From: Eledone cirrhosa
Taxonomy: Eukaryota
NCBI GenBank assembly: GCA_964016885.1
Contig: OZ024742.1
Span: 310,620,001-310,684,000, forward strand
Direction of reading: 5' to 3'
Length of the DNA stretch: 64,000 bases
In this document: positions 39,168 through 54,098 of the stretch, in pieces
Layout of the letters: every line of letters begins with the position of its first letter
How positions within the stretch are numbered: the stretch's first letter is position 1
Translations under genes and position numbers: made by a program
The notes under the pieces: model-generated
Database searches by the model: none
Told to the model about the DNA's origin: nothing
Seen by the model: the letters and a program-made list of their open reading frames with translations, nothing else

Positions 39168-40135
39168 TCACCAACACCAAAGCCCAAGTCATTACACCTG
39201 ATGGGATGACAGAGTTCTTTGAGATACTGGCTGGAGTGCTCCAGGGAGATACATTGGCTCCCTACCTTTTTAACATCGTAGTGGACTATTGTCCACTCTT
39301 GCACTGGAGAAACACCAGGATTCTGGCTTTACTGTAGCACCGGCTCAGAGCAGGAGAGTTAAGGCGAAAAAGATATCAGATGCTGAATTTGCCGACGACA
39401 TAGTTTTGGTGACAAATACAGTGAAGGGGGCAGAGGATTTGATGCAGGAGGTTGAGACTGTGTCGATGAGTGTGGGGCTGAGAATGAATGAGACTAAAAC
39501 AAAATATCTGGTAGAGAATGTGGAGAGGCCAGAGGGGATCACTAATGTAGGCGGGAATCCGCTAGAATTGGTTGAGGACTTCCTGTATTCGGGAATACGG
39601 AAGATGATGTGGTTGAGAGGAATAGCAAAGCCTGGGCGGCGTGCCACAGCTTGAGATCGGTGTGGAAGTCGGACCTTCGTGAAGACCTGAAGGTTCGCCT
39701 CTTCGTTGCTTTAGTGGAGTCTGTGCTGTTGTACGGGTCTGAGACTTGGACACTGACCAAGAAACTCACTCAGATGGTGGATGGGTGCTACACGAGAATG
39801 TTGAGGATGGCTCTGAACATTAATCAGTATACACTGAGGATGAAAAACTCAGAGCTGTATGGGAGCCTCCCAAGAGTTAGCTCAAAAGTGACACAGAGGA
39901 GATTGAGATTAGCTGGACATGTTCACCGACATCCAGAGTTGACATTACACTCAGTGCTCCTGTGGGAGCGCCTACATGGACACACTGGACGTGGAAGACC
40001 AAGATTAACGTATGTTGATGCCCTAAGGACAGACACTGGTCTGTTGGAGACGCAGGACATGACAGCGATAATGAAGGACAGAGACCGCTGGAGAGAACTC
40101 GTCCATGGATCTCGGGAATTTTACCCGCCCTAGGT
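39168..40135 (+). mobile_element. 5'-truncated RTE-clade LINE
   Basis: GVLQGDTLAPYLF, EFADD, LLYGSETWTL, RLRLAGH, GRPRLTY; frameshifted; flanked by TA runs. Confidence 0.9.
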
Positions 40136-40170
40136 CTATATATATATTTATTATTATAACTATTATTATT

Positions 40171-40378
40171 GGTGGTGGATTGGCAGTATCGGTAGAGGGT
40201 CGGACGCCATGCTTTGACGCATAGAGTTACGGCCTTTGCCATTCTGAGTTCAAATCCCGCCGTGGTTAACTTTGCCTTTCATCCTTACGGGGTCGATTAA
40301 ATAAAGTACCAGTAATGCACTGGGTATTTGCTGGCCTTTTGCCAAAAAGTAGAAACAATTATTATTATTATTATTATT
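40171..40378 (+). mobile_element. SINE-1 copy with (ATT)n tail
   Basis: Full head-to-tail match to SINE-1. Confidence 0.9.
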
Positions 40379-42632
40379 GTTCTTTGAGTCTCAGTCATTG
40401 ATGTTAGTTAACTGGAAAGTTTGTTGAAATGAATATGAAGCCACTACCTCCAGCCTCAGATATTCAGGACGTATCGGAGGGTTCTTGCTGTTCCCAGCAA
40501 GCATGCCTTTTGAAGCGTTCCAAAAAGCGTGAAGGGGCCAATTTTCTTTAACCATCTCTGGAAACTTTTTGAGATAGTCCCCAGTGCGCCTATGACAATC
40601 GGGATCACTTTGACTTCATGGCAGTTCCAAATCCGTTTTACCTCCCACTTTAAGTCCTGGTATCGGTTAATTTTCTCCCTCTCCTTCTCTTGCATTGTCG
40701 TGTCAAATGGGCAGGCCACATCCACAATCAGGCACGATCTTGTTTCTTTGTCCACAACCACCAGGTCAGGTCTATTGTGTTCCAGTTTCTTGTCCGTCTG
40801 TATCCTAAAATCCCACAGCACCTTCACCTGATCGTTTTCTATCACCGCCTCTGGCTTATGCTCATACCGCTTCTCCGAATGTGGTAAATCGTTTACTTTG
40901 CATAGGTGCCAGTGGATCACCCTGCCGATCACATCATGTCTCCAGCCCTTATAGTGAGTCTGGGCTAGGTGTTTACACTCGGATACAATGTGAGACACAG
41001 TCTCCTCTCTCTCTCTCCACAGATCCTGCACAGTGGGCTAGCCTCCTCCTTGTAGATATGGTGTTTCAACCACTTCGTTTTGAGGGCCTGCTCTTGCGCA
41101 GCCATTAGCATTCCTTCTGTAGCCTTTTTAAGGTCTCCTCTTTTCAACCAGTTCCATGTCTGTGGATCTCTGAATTCAGTTTTCTCAAAGAAGGTACTAT
41201 GAAGGGATTTTTCATGGCGGCTGCTCATTCTCCTTGTTGTTATTTCCTCCTTGGACATCTCCTGGTCTATTGTCCTCTCTGTCAGTACAATTCCGAGCAT
41301 TGGCTCCTCACTATCAGTCACGTATTTGTGTAGGTTGTTTTTCTCCATCTGAACACAGTCCTCTATGCTGATAAGACCTCTTCCACCTTCAGATCTCCTT
41401 AAGTAGAGTCTATCGACATCACTCCTCTTGTGGAACATGTTGTAGATAGTCAATAGCTTCCTAGTCTTCCTATCCATTTCTTTTTGTTCAGCAACATTCC
41501 ATCTCAGAATTCCCGCACTGTACCTAATAATACACACAGCTCGGGAATTTACTGCACTTATGGCATTCCTACTGTTCAGATGTGACTTTAATACGCTCCC
41601 TACTCTCCGAATGTACTCAGAACTTATCAATTCCTTCATTTTTTTGTTCTTGATGTCATCAGCCTCCAGAACACCCAAATACTTGTATCCTTCTTCAGTG
41701 TCAATTTCCTTTATCATCTCACCTGTTGGTACCTGGATTCCGTTGCTTCTGCTCAATTTACCCCTCTTCATCACAAGGACTCTACACTTACTAATACCAA
41801 ATTACATACATATATCATTGCTGAAAATACGGACAGTGTCAACAAGCACATCCAACTCCCTCTCACTCTTCCCGAAGAGCTTAAGATCGTCCATGAAGAG
41901 GAGGTGATTGATAGTAAGTTCTCCCTTTCCCAACTTGTATCCTGCCCTCACTTTTCGCAATATAATGGTCAGGGGCATCAGGGCAAGGACAAACAACAGA
42001 GGGGACAGACTAACTCCCTGGAAGATACCTCTCTTGATCTTCACGCCCTCCAGGGATTCTGCAGCTGATGTTAACTCTGTTTTCCAGGACTTCATACTTT
42101 TGCCCAACAACTGTCTGATGTTATTTGCCACCTTGAAGATCTCTAGGCGTTTGGTGATCCAAGAATGAGGCACCATGTCAAATGCCTTTTTGTAGTCTAT
42201 CCATCCCATGGCAAGACCAGTGTGTCTCCTCTTGCAATTCCTCATTACCATCTTATCAATAAGCAACTGGTCCTTTGTACCACGGGACTTCTTTCGGCAT
42301 CCTTTCTGTTCGTCCGGTAACAAGTTGTTTGTGTGGAGGTGATGGTAGATTTCCTCAGACATAATGCTTGTCAACAGTTTCCACATTACGGACAGACATG
42401 TGATAGGTCTATAGTTGGTAACATCATTACCCTTGATTCGGTCTTTCATTACCAGAATTGTGGTACCTTTTGTTAACCACTCTGGTACTTCACCTGACAT
42501 CAAGCAGTCATTGAACATGGTTGTCAGTTTCGGGTGGAGGGATGTTATATTTTTTATTATTATTATTATTATTATCATCTGACATCAAGCAGTCATTGAA
42601 CATGGTTGTCAGTTTCGGGTGGAGGGATGTTA

Positions 42633-42636
<4 letters not shown>
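40379..42636 (-). mobile_element. R4/Dong-type RLE non-LTR retrotransposon, 5'-truncated
   Basis: YRPITCL, WIDYKKAFD, GIFQG-SLSP, FMDDLK (RT); CRIC...ETVSHIVSEC, RHD, RPDLVVVD...IVDVACP (CCHC plus PD-D/ExK); (TAA)n on both sides. Confidence 0.9.
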
Positions 42637-42671
<35 letters not shown>

Positions 42672-42674
<3 letters not shown>

Positions 42675-42803
42675 AATCCCGCCAAGGTTGACTTTGCCTT
42701 TCATCCTTACGGGGTCGATAAAATAAAGTACCAGTAATGCACTGGGTAATTGCTGGCCTTGTGTCTAAAGTAGAAACAATTATTATTATTATTATTATTA
42801 TTA
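42672..42803 (+). mobile_element. 5'-truncated SINE-1 between (ATT)n tracts
   Basis: Begins at the B-box (ttcaaatcccgcc). Confidence 0.9.
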
Positions 42804-42804
42804 T

Positions 42805-43320
42805 TTCGCAACTGTCTGGTGGCAGTTGCGAAAGAGATTATATGGTGGACCAAGTTGAAAGGACTAAAGACAGACACTTTTCTCTTCGGCCAATCACTCA
42901 TCAACTTCTTCAAGTTTCACCTGGAAAGGAAGGTGAGGGTGGAGAGAGAAGTGCTGCCCCCCAGTACATTTGCTAAAAGGTGGGTGAATGTGGCGAGAAT
43001 GGCTCGTGTGAATGGGCCTACTCTGACCATGCGCCTATAGGGTAGCTAACTTGAGGAGAGGGGTGCTCTCCCTGGGTGCCCTAGAAGCGCAGGGTGGTTC
43101 AGGATTGGTGGGGTACCTGAAGGACCCCAGGGTCGTACACCCCCTATCGGGGAATTTATTTTGTTATATTTATGCATAGTTTATTTTATATTTTTATATT
43201 TTCATTGTTATATTAGTCTTGCCATTGTGCACTTTTACTCCACCTTATTGTAAACCCCCACTGTCCCTGTCTTTGTATTGTCCCCTACATGTCGGCCCTG
43301 GTGGCGAATAAATGAAATCA

Positions 43321-43348
<28 letters not shown>
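42805..43348 (+). mobile_element. 3' fragment of a second Tx1/L1 subfamily
   Basis: AKEIIWWTKLKGLKT...ARMARVNGPTL matches the ORF2 end at 30320-30534; AATAAA and (ATT)n tail. Confidence 0.88.
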
Positions 43349-43379
<31 letters not shown>

Positions 43380-44375
43380 GCTTATATATTTGTTTTGCAA
43401 GATTCTTGATGTGAACTCCTCTGTTGAAACCGATATTGTTTTATTTTGGGATGGTTATGTTGCCAGTATTGCAAATCAAAAGAAACACACGCACTTTATG
43501 ATTTTCACTTTATCTTTATTACTATTTATTCGTCAATTCGTGAAAGTTCTTTCGTCAAATATTCTGTGACTTCTTCAATGACTATCTGTTGTTCTCTTTT
43601 TGCCTTCCCTTCTTTCTGGTCTTAATCTGCTTCTCCATCTTGTCTTTTGTTTAGAGGTGATTTTTATTTTGTGCCAAGTAGGGCTTGGATCACTTGCACG
43701 AGCTTACTATTATTCACCTATCTACAGGTCACAAAGCACAAATCGGATGACTCAAGACTTAACGGCGATTATCAGTCTTAGAAAAGTATCCGATAACTCA
43801 CCTACAAGACATTTATTCTTTGCTCACAGGTGCAAACATTTTCTCCAAAAGAAATTCAGTTAGACTTATAATCAAATCTCACAAGATTAAAAAAAACATT
43901 GATAAAGTCTGCCACCACCACTCAGTTTGGACTATACCATTATTTTTATATGAATGACTTATGATCTTCAGAACTCAAAACAAACATTAGAAAGATTTAT
44001 AGATAACGTCATGCAAGGGTTCAATTGCATTCATGCCTCAATCGGAATTCTTCTATATATACTACGGGCGTCAAGTACCATCCAAGATGTCTTGTTAGAA
44101 TGTGTCAGGATTTCACTAATTGTTTTAGGTGTCTATATACAAATAAGCAAGCTCCTTCTCAGTTCCCCCACTTCCTTTTTCCTTGATCCAATGAAACATC
44201 TAGAATGTTACAACCGGAGAGAGAGAGGTGCTACATTGGTAATGAGCTAGAACTTTCTTCATCGACTCTAAAAGGCAGATAATCAAATTTTACCTCGGCT
44301 TAATTACAAGTCAGAGAACTGAAATAAATATCGTTTCGCTTTTCATCTGACGCTCTAACGATATGTATGTACGAT

Positions 44376-44407
44376 TGTGTGTGTGTGTGTGTGAGCGTGT
44401 GTGTGTG

Positions 44408-44477
<70 letters not shown>

Positions 44478-44546
44478 TGCGTGTGCGTGCGTGTGTGTGT
44501 GTGTGTGAGCGTGTGTGTGTGCGTGTATGTGTGTGTGTGTGTGTGT

Positions 44547-44585
<39 letters not shown>

Positions 44586-44602
44586 CGTGTGTGTGTGTGT
44601 GT
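44376..44602. repeat. Imperfect (TG)n
   Basis: Direct observation. Confidence 0.95.
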
Positions 44603-45326
44603 ACGTGCGCATGTTCATCAAGTGTAATTTTCTATGCAACGCCCAAAGAAGAAAACATTTCTTTAGTTTTAATCATTTTTTTTATATATATAAAATTCCA
44701 AATATCTCGTTAATAGACCTCCTGACTAGTTTCATACTATTGGACATTTCTTCGTTATACTCAACGTAAAAACACCTAAGATGAATTCGTGTTCTTCTGT
44801 TGTAAATATTTTTCATTTGTTATGTAGGGTTTTTTTAAATTCTTTTAGCTTTTGTTCTTTTTTATTTCGTTTGGTTGCGTTTTGCAATATATTTCACATT
44901 TAGTGCAATATGATATCAGTGGATTCGCTGCCGTGGGAAAACATACGTAAAGCTATCTCTTGTTTTGACTTGCTTTTTGCCAACAGTGATTACAATTTAA
45001 ACAGCAACATTCCTCTTCAAAGTCACACCCCATATATCTATCACCTCACTGCACCACCCCTACTTTAGAGCATGTGCTACACAGCATCTTGACGCGAGCG
45101 CCGTGTATATCATGTTTGAGACAACATAGCCACTTAATATTCTGTCAGGCGTTGGCGAACAGCGCTCTTCTTCGACAATATGGCTCCCGTTGAGTTAACA
45201 CTGGCTTTTTATTCTCAGAATTATTATTATAATAACTCTTTTTGCTGCAATTTAAGTTTTCTTTCTTTTCCTTTATACTGCATCATTACTTAACACAAGA
45301 CAGAGATCCATTATTAATTTCTTAAA

Positions 45327-45735
45327 GGGCGATGGATTTCAGTATTGATAGAGCGTCGGAGACCCTGCTTGTGACATGGAGTTATGTCCCTTTGCGTTCC
45401 GAGTTCAAATTCCACCGAGGTTAGCTTTCGCTTTCATCCTTACGAAGTCGATAAAATACAGTACCAATCACGCATTGGGGTCAATTTAATCGACAATCCC
45501 CTCCCCAAAAATTGATGGCCTTTTGCTTAAATCAAAAACCATTATTAATTTCTCATTTAGACAAAAGGCCAGCAAATTTTTGGGGCAAAGATAAAGTTGA
45601 TTAAATCATCCCCAGTACATGACTGGTACTTTATTTTATCAATCAAGGCTGAATGAAAGGTAACATTAATCATGGCTGAATTTGTAGTCAGAAGGTAAAT
45701 ATCATGATGGCATATTATCCGACGCTCTACCAAAT
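45327..45735. mobile_element. Two old SINE-1 copies tail to tail (45327-45545 +, 45548-45735 -)
   Basis: Diverged SINE-1 core. Confidence 0.75.
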
Positions 45736-46064
45736 CTACCTGTGTAACACGGTTAAGAGCGATTACATTGAAGTTGCGAAAAAATCGATTAAATCGACAT
45801 TGAGAGCTGTTATGGTAAGTATATTAATGATACAGGAAGGATGAAAGAAAAATATAAACTGGAAAAGATTTGAAATTGGAATATAAAACAATGCAATGAA
45901 ATATGACCCAAATTTCAGTGAGGATATAATCATATAATCGTATAATTCAGGCCCATTAAACGACTGGTATTTGTTTAATAGACCTCATTGAGAGGAATGC
46001 AATGTTCAACTCAGCATGATTTCAAGACAGAAATTGGTAACGCAGCTGATTCGGCAATTTACTA

Positions 46065-46069
46065 ACTAT

Positions 46070-46131
<62 letters not shown>

Positions 46132-46155
46132 ATGATGCTACTACTACTACTGCTG

Positions 46156-46190
<35 letters not shown>

Positions 46191-46285
46191 ATTACTATTA
46201 TTATTATTATTATTATTATTAATAATTCATCTTCTTAGTATTTTGCCTTTCAAAGAAGAAGAAGAAGAAGAAGAAGAAGAAGAAA
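46065..46285. repeat. Compound trinucleotide repeat (ACT/GCT/GAT/ATT/GAA)
   Basis: Direct observation. Confidence 0.95.
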
Positions 46286-46487
46286 TTAATAAATTGCTGA
46301 TTCAGCTACTATTAATACTAATAATGGTAAAAATATAATAATTTTAACATAGTCAAACATTTTCACCAGTTTACAGCAGTATAATACTAGTTAACCAAAT
46401 TAGCACTAGTATAGAAAATGAAGATATTTTGACATACAAATGTTTAACTACCATAATCATTATTTCAGTATTATTAAAGAATATTAT

Positions 46488-46680
46488 GGCGGTGGATTGG
46501 CAGTATTGGTAGATGGTCGGACGCCATGTTTTGTAGCATATAGTTATGGCCATTTATGATCTGAGTTCAAATCCCACCAAGGTTAACTTTGCCTTTCATC
46601 CTTACGGGGTCGATAAAATAAAGTACCAGTAAAGCACTGGCATAATTGCTGGCCTTGTGCCAAAAGTAGAACCAATTATT
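46488..46680 (+). mobile_element. SINE-1 copy
   Basis: TSD attattaaagaatatta. Confidence 0.9.
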
Positions 46681-47049
46681 AAAGAATATTAATCTCAATG
46701 AAAACAACAATATATATGCAACAAAGTAAACTTGAAAACATCCTGTGATTAAACTCACACTTTAGTATGAATATAATTTTTAATCCAATAACATTACGAT
46801 ACTCCTGATATTGAAATGTTTCAGTAAGACATAATTTCAAGTCTGTAGACCCTTTTGTAGAAGCGTGTGATGTGTTGGGTACCCAAGTAGCATGACAAAC
46901 CACCGCATCCCAAATCAGTACTCTACGGCAAGTTCAATTCCTGAATGCGTACTGTTGAGGAACACATGACATGTTTTAAGGACTGCTTTAAAACATTTCT
47001 AAATGACCGCCTGGTCAAAGTCATTAGCAAATCGTAGGCTTCCCATCCT

Positions 47050-47345
47050 CTAATAGAAACTGAAGTATGAAAATCGTGGAGAGTCTATTGCATATTTTCC
47101 AGGAAGATGTTGAAAAGCACTGGAGAAAGGCGACACCCTTGTCGAACGCCTACTGCTTTCGTGAAGAATTCTCCATCGTTGTTATTCAGGAGAACTGCAC
47201 TGTTTGAGTTGTCATATAATGCTTTGATTATTTCGATGAGGTTGTAATTCTTCATTACCTTCCATAAACCCTAATGCCAAACACGGTTAAAGGTTTTTTT
47301 TAAGTCGATGAAGTTATGTTAGAGGTCAGATTGGTGCTGAAAATG
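47050..47345 (-). mobile_element. Degraded RTE-like RT fragment
   Basis: NFIDLKKTFNRVWH and GVRQGCRLSPVLFNIFLE on the minus strand. Confidence 0.75.
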
Positions 47346-47539
47346 AAACGACACGCTACGACATATTCAACATCATTCTATCCCATTACATAATCCCGCT
47401 ATACAGAAATGCCGTTATTCAACGATGATGCAATACATGTTCGCCAAATAAAGAACTTCGAATGTAAATAAAAATTACGTTTGCTTTTGTCGATACGCTG
47501 TCTTGGAAGACGCATTTACTGTGTGTGTGTGAGAGAGAG

Positions 47540-47585
<46 letters not shown>

Positions 47586-47866
47586 TGTGTGTGTGTGTGT
47601 GTGTGTGCGCGTGTGTGTGTGTGTGTGCGCGTGTGCGCGTGTGTGTGTGTGCGCGCGTGTGTGTGTGTGTGTATGTGTGTGCACGCATGTGCGTGTGTGT
47701 ACATGTCAGAAGCAGAAAGAGTGTGTGTGTATGTGTATGTGTGTGTGTACATGTGTTAGAAACAGAATAAGTCTTAAATCTGGCTCAGCTATGATGCCTT
47801 TTATTTTCAAGACAATTTTTCAATTGTGGGTATGATCAATGTGCCTCTGACACCCACCACATGCCT

Positions 47867-47920
<54 letters not shown>

Positions 47921-47924
<4 letters not shown>

Positions 47925-48191
47925 TTAGAAACACACAGATACATGCGGACACACACATATATACATGAATGCATCCGCACCCAACTGTGAGTTAAGGGTG
48001 CCAACTTCACCGATGTTGCTCAATGAATGACTGGGACAGACCAATTCAGTTTGAACCAGACTGAACCAGTATCAGAGTTAAAAATACATTATGAAGAGAG
48101 AAGAAACATTTAGATATAATTAGTAATAAAATGTATCATACCTAAACTGTTCCTAAATTCCTCGACTACGTAGTTTCGTGGCATAAACAAA

Positions 48192-48197
<6 letters not shown>
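47921..48197 (-). mobile_element. Family D 3' fragment
   Basis: Reverse complement of about 19863-20140; flanked by (TA)n. Confidence 0.85.
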
Positions 48198-48226
<29 letters not shown>

Positions 48227-48242
48227 GGTGTATATATATGTG

Positions 48243-48490
48243 CAGGCACGTGGCCTAGTGGTAAGAGTGTTCGATTCCTAGGTTGCGTGTTGTGTTCTTG
48301 AGCAAAACACTTCATTTCACATTGCTCCAGTATACTCAGCTGAAAATGAGTACCAGCAATAGCTGGAGGTTTAACCCTGCGATGGGCTGGCGTCCTGTCC
48401 AGGGGGGAGTCTTGTACTCTCAGTCGCTTCACGCCATGAAACCGGGATAAGCACCGGCCAAATGAGCCTTCTGGCTTAAGACAGACTTTA
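48243..48490 (+). mobile_element. CORE-like SINE with a different 3' tail
   Basis: TGGCCTAGTGG A-box, GTTCGATTCC B-box, tgttcttgagcaaaacac. Confidence 0.75.
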
Positions 48491-48507
48491 GATATATATA
48501 TATACAA

Positions 48508-48866
48508 CAGTTCTCCCCCTGCGTTCGCGGGGGTAACGTTCCTAGAGCACCCGGGAAGAGCGAAAAACCGCGAATATTGGCCATGGCCCATAAAAATGCC
48601 TATAAACGTCAAAATATAACGTAAAATATAATTTTAAAAAAAAGAGAGAGCGTATATGTGAAGGGGCGTCCAATAGGCCGGCAAATACGGTATATTGTTA
48701 TTAAGAATTTAACGTTAAATAATATATATATTGCAACGAAAAAAGCCATTAAAAAATCCCGGAAGATATTTATGCTTCCGCGAATATGCGATCGTTTCCA
48801 CGAACAATTATTAGTTAGGTTCAAAGAAAATTTCGCGAATAATCGAGACCGCGAATGCTGGGGGTA

Positions 48867-48870
<4 letters not shown>
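48508..48870. mobile_element. Tigger/pogo-like MITE (degraded)
   Basis: Imperfect TIRs cagttctccccctgcgttcgcgg / ccgcgaatgctgggggt; TA-rich flanks. Confidence 0.55.
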
Positions 48871-48909
<39 letters not shown>

Positions 48910-49103
48910 CAAACAAGGGGCTGTGTGGTTACTTGATGAAGTATATTTAGAAATAAAAGGAAAGCTGACGCACTGGAGATAGACATATTGTCTTTAATGC
49001 GTTGAAATGTCAGTTACCTCCCGCAGACAACTGAAGAAGGGACAGCCGCTTGTTTGTGCTTTCCTTTTATTTTTCTCTCTCTCTCTCACTATGTTACTAT
49101 ATG

Positions 49104-49134
<31 letters not shown>

Positions 49135-49398
49135 AATATATATGTATGTATATATATATGCAAGTTTTTTTTTTAACTTTCGCCTTGTTAAATTGTTAGA
49201 ATTGTTAGATTTCTTTTATTGTTATCAGTCTATTATGTTCTAATCGGATATTGTTTCCTGTAAAAGATATCACACTGTGTTCACTCTGTAACACGTTCTC
49301 TTCGCACGAGTTATCATTTAGCAGTTCTGCAGGAAGTAAGGTCGGAATGGCTGCGATAGCTTCTATGCTTTAGCATTGTATCAATTTAAAACCTCCTC

Positions 49399-50377
<979 letters not shown>

Positions 50378-50400
50378 TCTCTCTCTCTATATATATATAT

Positions 50401-50572
50401 GGCAAATAAAGTGTGGTAAGAAACCAGGTGGACCATAACGCACCAGAGTACTCGATACTTAGGGTAGTAGAGTGGGTAATAGGAAAAGAGTCAGGACCCC
50501 GACGGCTGAGATCCGGATCTAGCTGTCGAAACGGCTGGAGCACAGCCGTCGGGGTCGTGACTCTTTTCCTAT
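50401..50572 (-). mobile_element. Family A hairpin element, second subfamily
   Basis: Tail plus inverted arms ataggaaaagagtcaggaccccgacggctg / cagccgtcggggtcgtgactcttttcctat. Confidence 0.8.
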
Positions 50573-50617
50573 ATATATATATATATATATATATAGTGTG
50601 TGTGTGTGTGTATGTGT

Positions 50618-50984
<367 letters not shown>

Positions 50985-50987
<3 letters not shown>

Positions 50988-51080
50988 TAGTAATAATAAT
51001 AAATGTGAAGACTAAAATCCGAAGAGAGCTCGATAAGGATAACATATATATTTAAACATATATAAAAACCGTAGAGCAAA
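50985..51080 (-). mobile_element. Family C PLE 3' tail fragment
   Basis: Reverse complement of 62165-62253. Confidence 0.75.
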
Positions 51081-51102
51081 TATATATATATATATATATA
51101 TT

Positions 51103-51322
51103 CGACAGTCGATCGACTTTTAGTCAAATCGGACCGAGGAAACAATGTTTCTGTTGGTCTCTCCAATTGCTAATACTATCTATCGGTCGCAACTCCAGGT
51201 AGCAGCAGCAACGTGAAATAAAGTGTCTTGCTCAAGGACATAACGCATCGCCCGATCCAGGAATCGAACTCACAACCTCACGATTGCGAATCCAATTCTC
51301 TAACCACTCGGCCACGCACCTT
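51103..51322 (-). mobile_element. SINE-2 copy
   Basis: Homologous to 8022-8248. Confidence 0.85.
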
Positions 51323-51323
51323 C

Positions 51324-51361
<38 letters not shown>

Positions 51362-51377
51362 GGAGAGGGAGAGAAAT

Positions 51378-51449
<72 letters not shown>

Positions 51450-51648
51450 CGAAGAAAGCTGTTGTAAGAGATATAGATATATCGACTAGAAGTTAGATAT
51501 ATACGGGCAAAAACTCTTTCCTAGTTTGATCCATTAACGCACACATTCAAAGACCCAATCAAATACCCATTCATACTTGCGTACACCCACTCAAAAGCAC
51601 ACACACATACACACACATACACACACACAAATACACACACACACACGC

Positions 51649-51694
<46 letters not shown>

Positions 51695-52108
51695 ACACCA
51701 CAATCACTCACACACTCAAACATGCACTGATCAAGTACGGCCTCAAATATATATGTTATGAAAAGCAATAGATGTAAGGGCCCCTGTGGTGTGAAGTCAT
51801 GCTTTCAATATTTGGCGTAGTGTGTTAAATCGTAATATGTTTTCTATGACCAGTTCCAGCTTTACCCCCTGCAAGCTGTTTATTAGGTTATAAAAGATAC
51901 ATCTATACAACGGTTGGTGTGAAATTTAATAAGAGATCGCATGTGTTTTTTGGGGTGTTCTCAGATCGTGTTTTAGCTAACTCTATTTTTCTATCGCTAT
52001 CTTACCTCCTTAAATTTTTCAACACATTTTCTCGTACATTTCTCGCAAATCTTTTCTCTCCTTCCCTTTCTCTCCTCACCCCTTTTCACTCCCCTTCTCT
52101 CTCTTTCG

Positions 52109-52193
<85 letters not shown>

Positions 52194-52531
52194 TCTCTCT
52201 GCCTCTCTTTTGCTGTTGCTGACTCAAATATACTTACCCTTTCTACCTACATTATAAAACCTAATTATGTATTTGTACACACACACACACTTACACTCAC
52301 ACACACACACACTCACACACACAAATATATTTATATATACATTGCATATGATTGAACAATATATATTGTAGTCAGCATATGTAGACACTATAATAGATAC
52401 AGAAACATATGTCAAAGCAAATAAATTCATAATCTTTTCAAGCCGACGCTTTATTTTTTTTCTTGGTGCAATACTTGCTTATATATATATATAGGTACAC
52501 ACACACACACATACACACACACACACACACA

Positions 52532-52579
<48 letters not shown>

Positions 52580-52899
52580 CAAATCGAGTATGACCATATT
52601 TTGCATTCCCTTCCTCCTTCCCTCTTAATATATAATGTCTCCCCATCATAGGCTCTCATGATGATGAAAACATAGACCAATTTGTGAAGATCAAGATTCC
52701 ACAATAGCTCATCAGCTTACGATGTAGCAGTCTGCCTTGGTGGAGTGTCGCGTCTTCTAGCGCCAATACACATTTTGTGTACCTTCACGATTTTGGAAAC
52801 TACGTCAGTGGCAGTTTTTCATTGACGTCGATACATGAAATGCACCGAAAGTTGCAGCTAAATGCTCGTCATCTGTTTTTGGTTTCAAAAAATCAGAAA

Positions 52900-54098
52900 T
52901 CTTACCTGTATTGGAAGGAGGAAATAATGGAGTGCTAAGTGTACCTGTACACCAAATCTTATTGTAAAAAAAAAGGCTTGCGAAACTGGAACATGGTTAC
53001 AGTCTGGCTGGAGTACAGTAAAGCATTCGATCTGTTCCTCATTATTGGATGATAGTACCAGTAATGCACTGGATAATTGCTGGCCTTGTGCCTAAAGTAG
53101 AAACAATTATTGGATGATAGAGATCCTCTGGTTTGCTAAAGTCCCTGACACCGTTATCAGAGCCATAGTGAACCTACCTTATTCTTGGTCTAGTGTCCTA
53201 AAGTTAAATACATATATTTTCACTGATGGAATAGAAAATCACAGAGGTATGTTTCAAGGAGACAGTCTCTCTGTGTTACAATTTATACCGTCATTAAACC
53301 ACTTGTCCTTTCTGCTTAAGAAATTAGAAGGATACATAATTTATTCACAGGAGGACAGGAATCAAACCTAATCCATAACTTCTTTGTGGATGATCTGAAA
53401 CTCTATTCCAAGAACATAAATGGGACGAAAAGAACCCTTGATATGGTTTCTATGTTCTCGGGGGATATAGGAATGGAGATTTTTCAGGATAAACATATTA
53501 AAACTTCCAACGATGTGGAATACATTATATGAAAGAATAGTGGTGGAATGTTCCAGTCAAAGTACTCATAATTGTTTCTACTTTAGGCACAAGGCCAGCA
53601 ATTACCCAGTGCATTACAGGTACTTTATTTTATCGACCCCGTAAGGATGAAAGGCAAAGTCAACCTCGGCGGGATTTGAACTCAGATCGTAAAGGGACGT
53701 AACTATGCTGGAAAGCATGGTGTCCGACCCTCTACTGATACTGCCAATCCACAAAGTACTAATAATAATCAAACATAACAAGCCAAACATTGTGATATGG
53801 GACAGAATAAGGAAGGCCTGCACCATAGTGGAATTCAGCTACCCAGCAGATATCAATATATGAGAACATTTATGCTGAAATAAAGAGGAATCTGCAGACA
53901 CTTCACCCTGACTATACTTTAGATTTGTATCTGGGATCATTAGGGCTCTTGAATAGGCTGCTAATTGCCCCAGTACAAGCTGTGAGAGGCTGGACTTCAC
54001 AGAACCAGAAAGAGCACGGGGAGTTAGAAAGTTGCAAATACAGCCCATTAAAGGAACCTTAGAAATATGTAAAACTTTTCAGATATTCAACATGTAAT
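52900..54098 (+). mobile_element. Degraded R4/Dong-like LINE interrupted by SINE-1 insertions
   Basis: RGMFQGDSLS, FVDDLKL, NKPNIVIWD remnants; SINE-1 pieces at 53055-53111 (TSD attattggatgatag) and 53568-53751. Confidence 0.7.

Noticed and set aside
43380-44250. Possible very old R4/Dong-like remnant on the minus strand
   Set aside because: Only vague motif echoes; not supportable without tBLASTn.
46114-46338. Poly-M/L/E ORF resembling a signal peptide
   Set aside because: Compound trinucleotide microsatellite.
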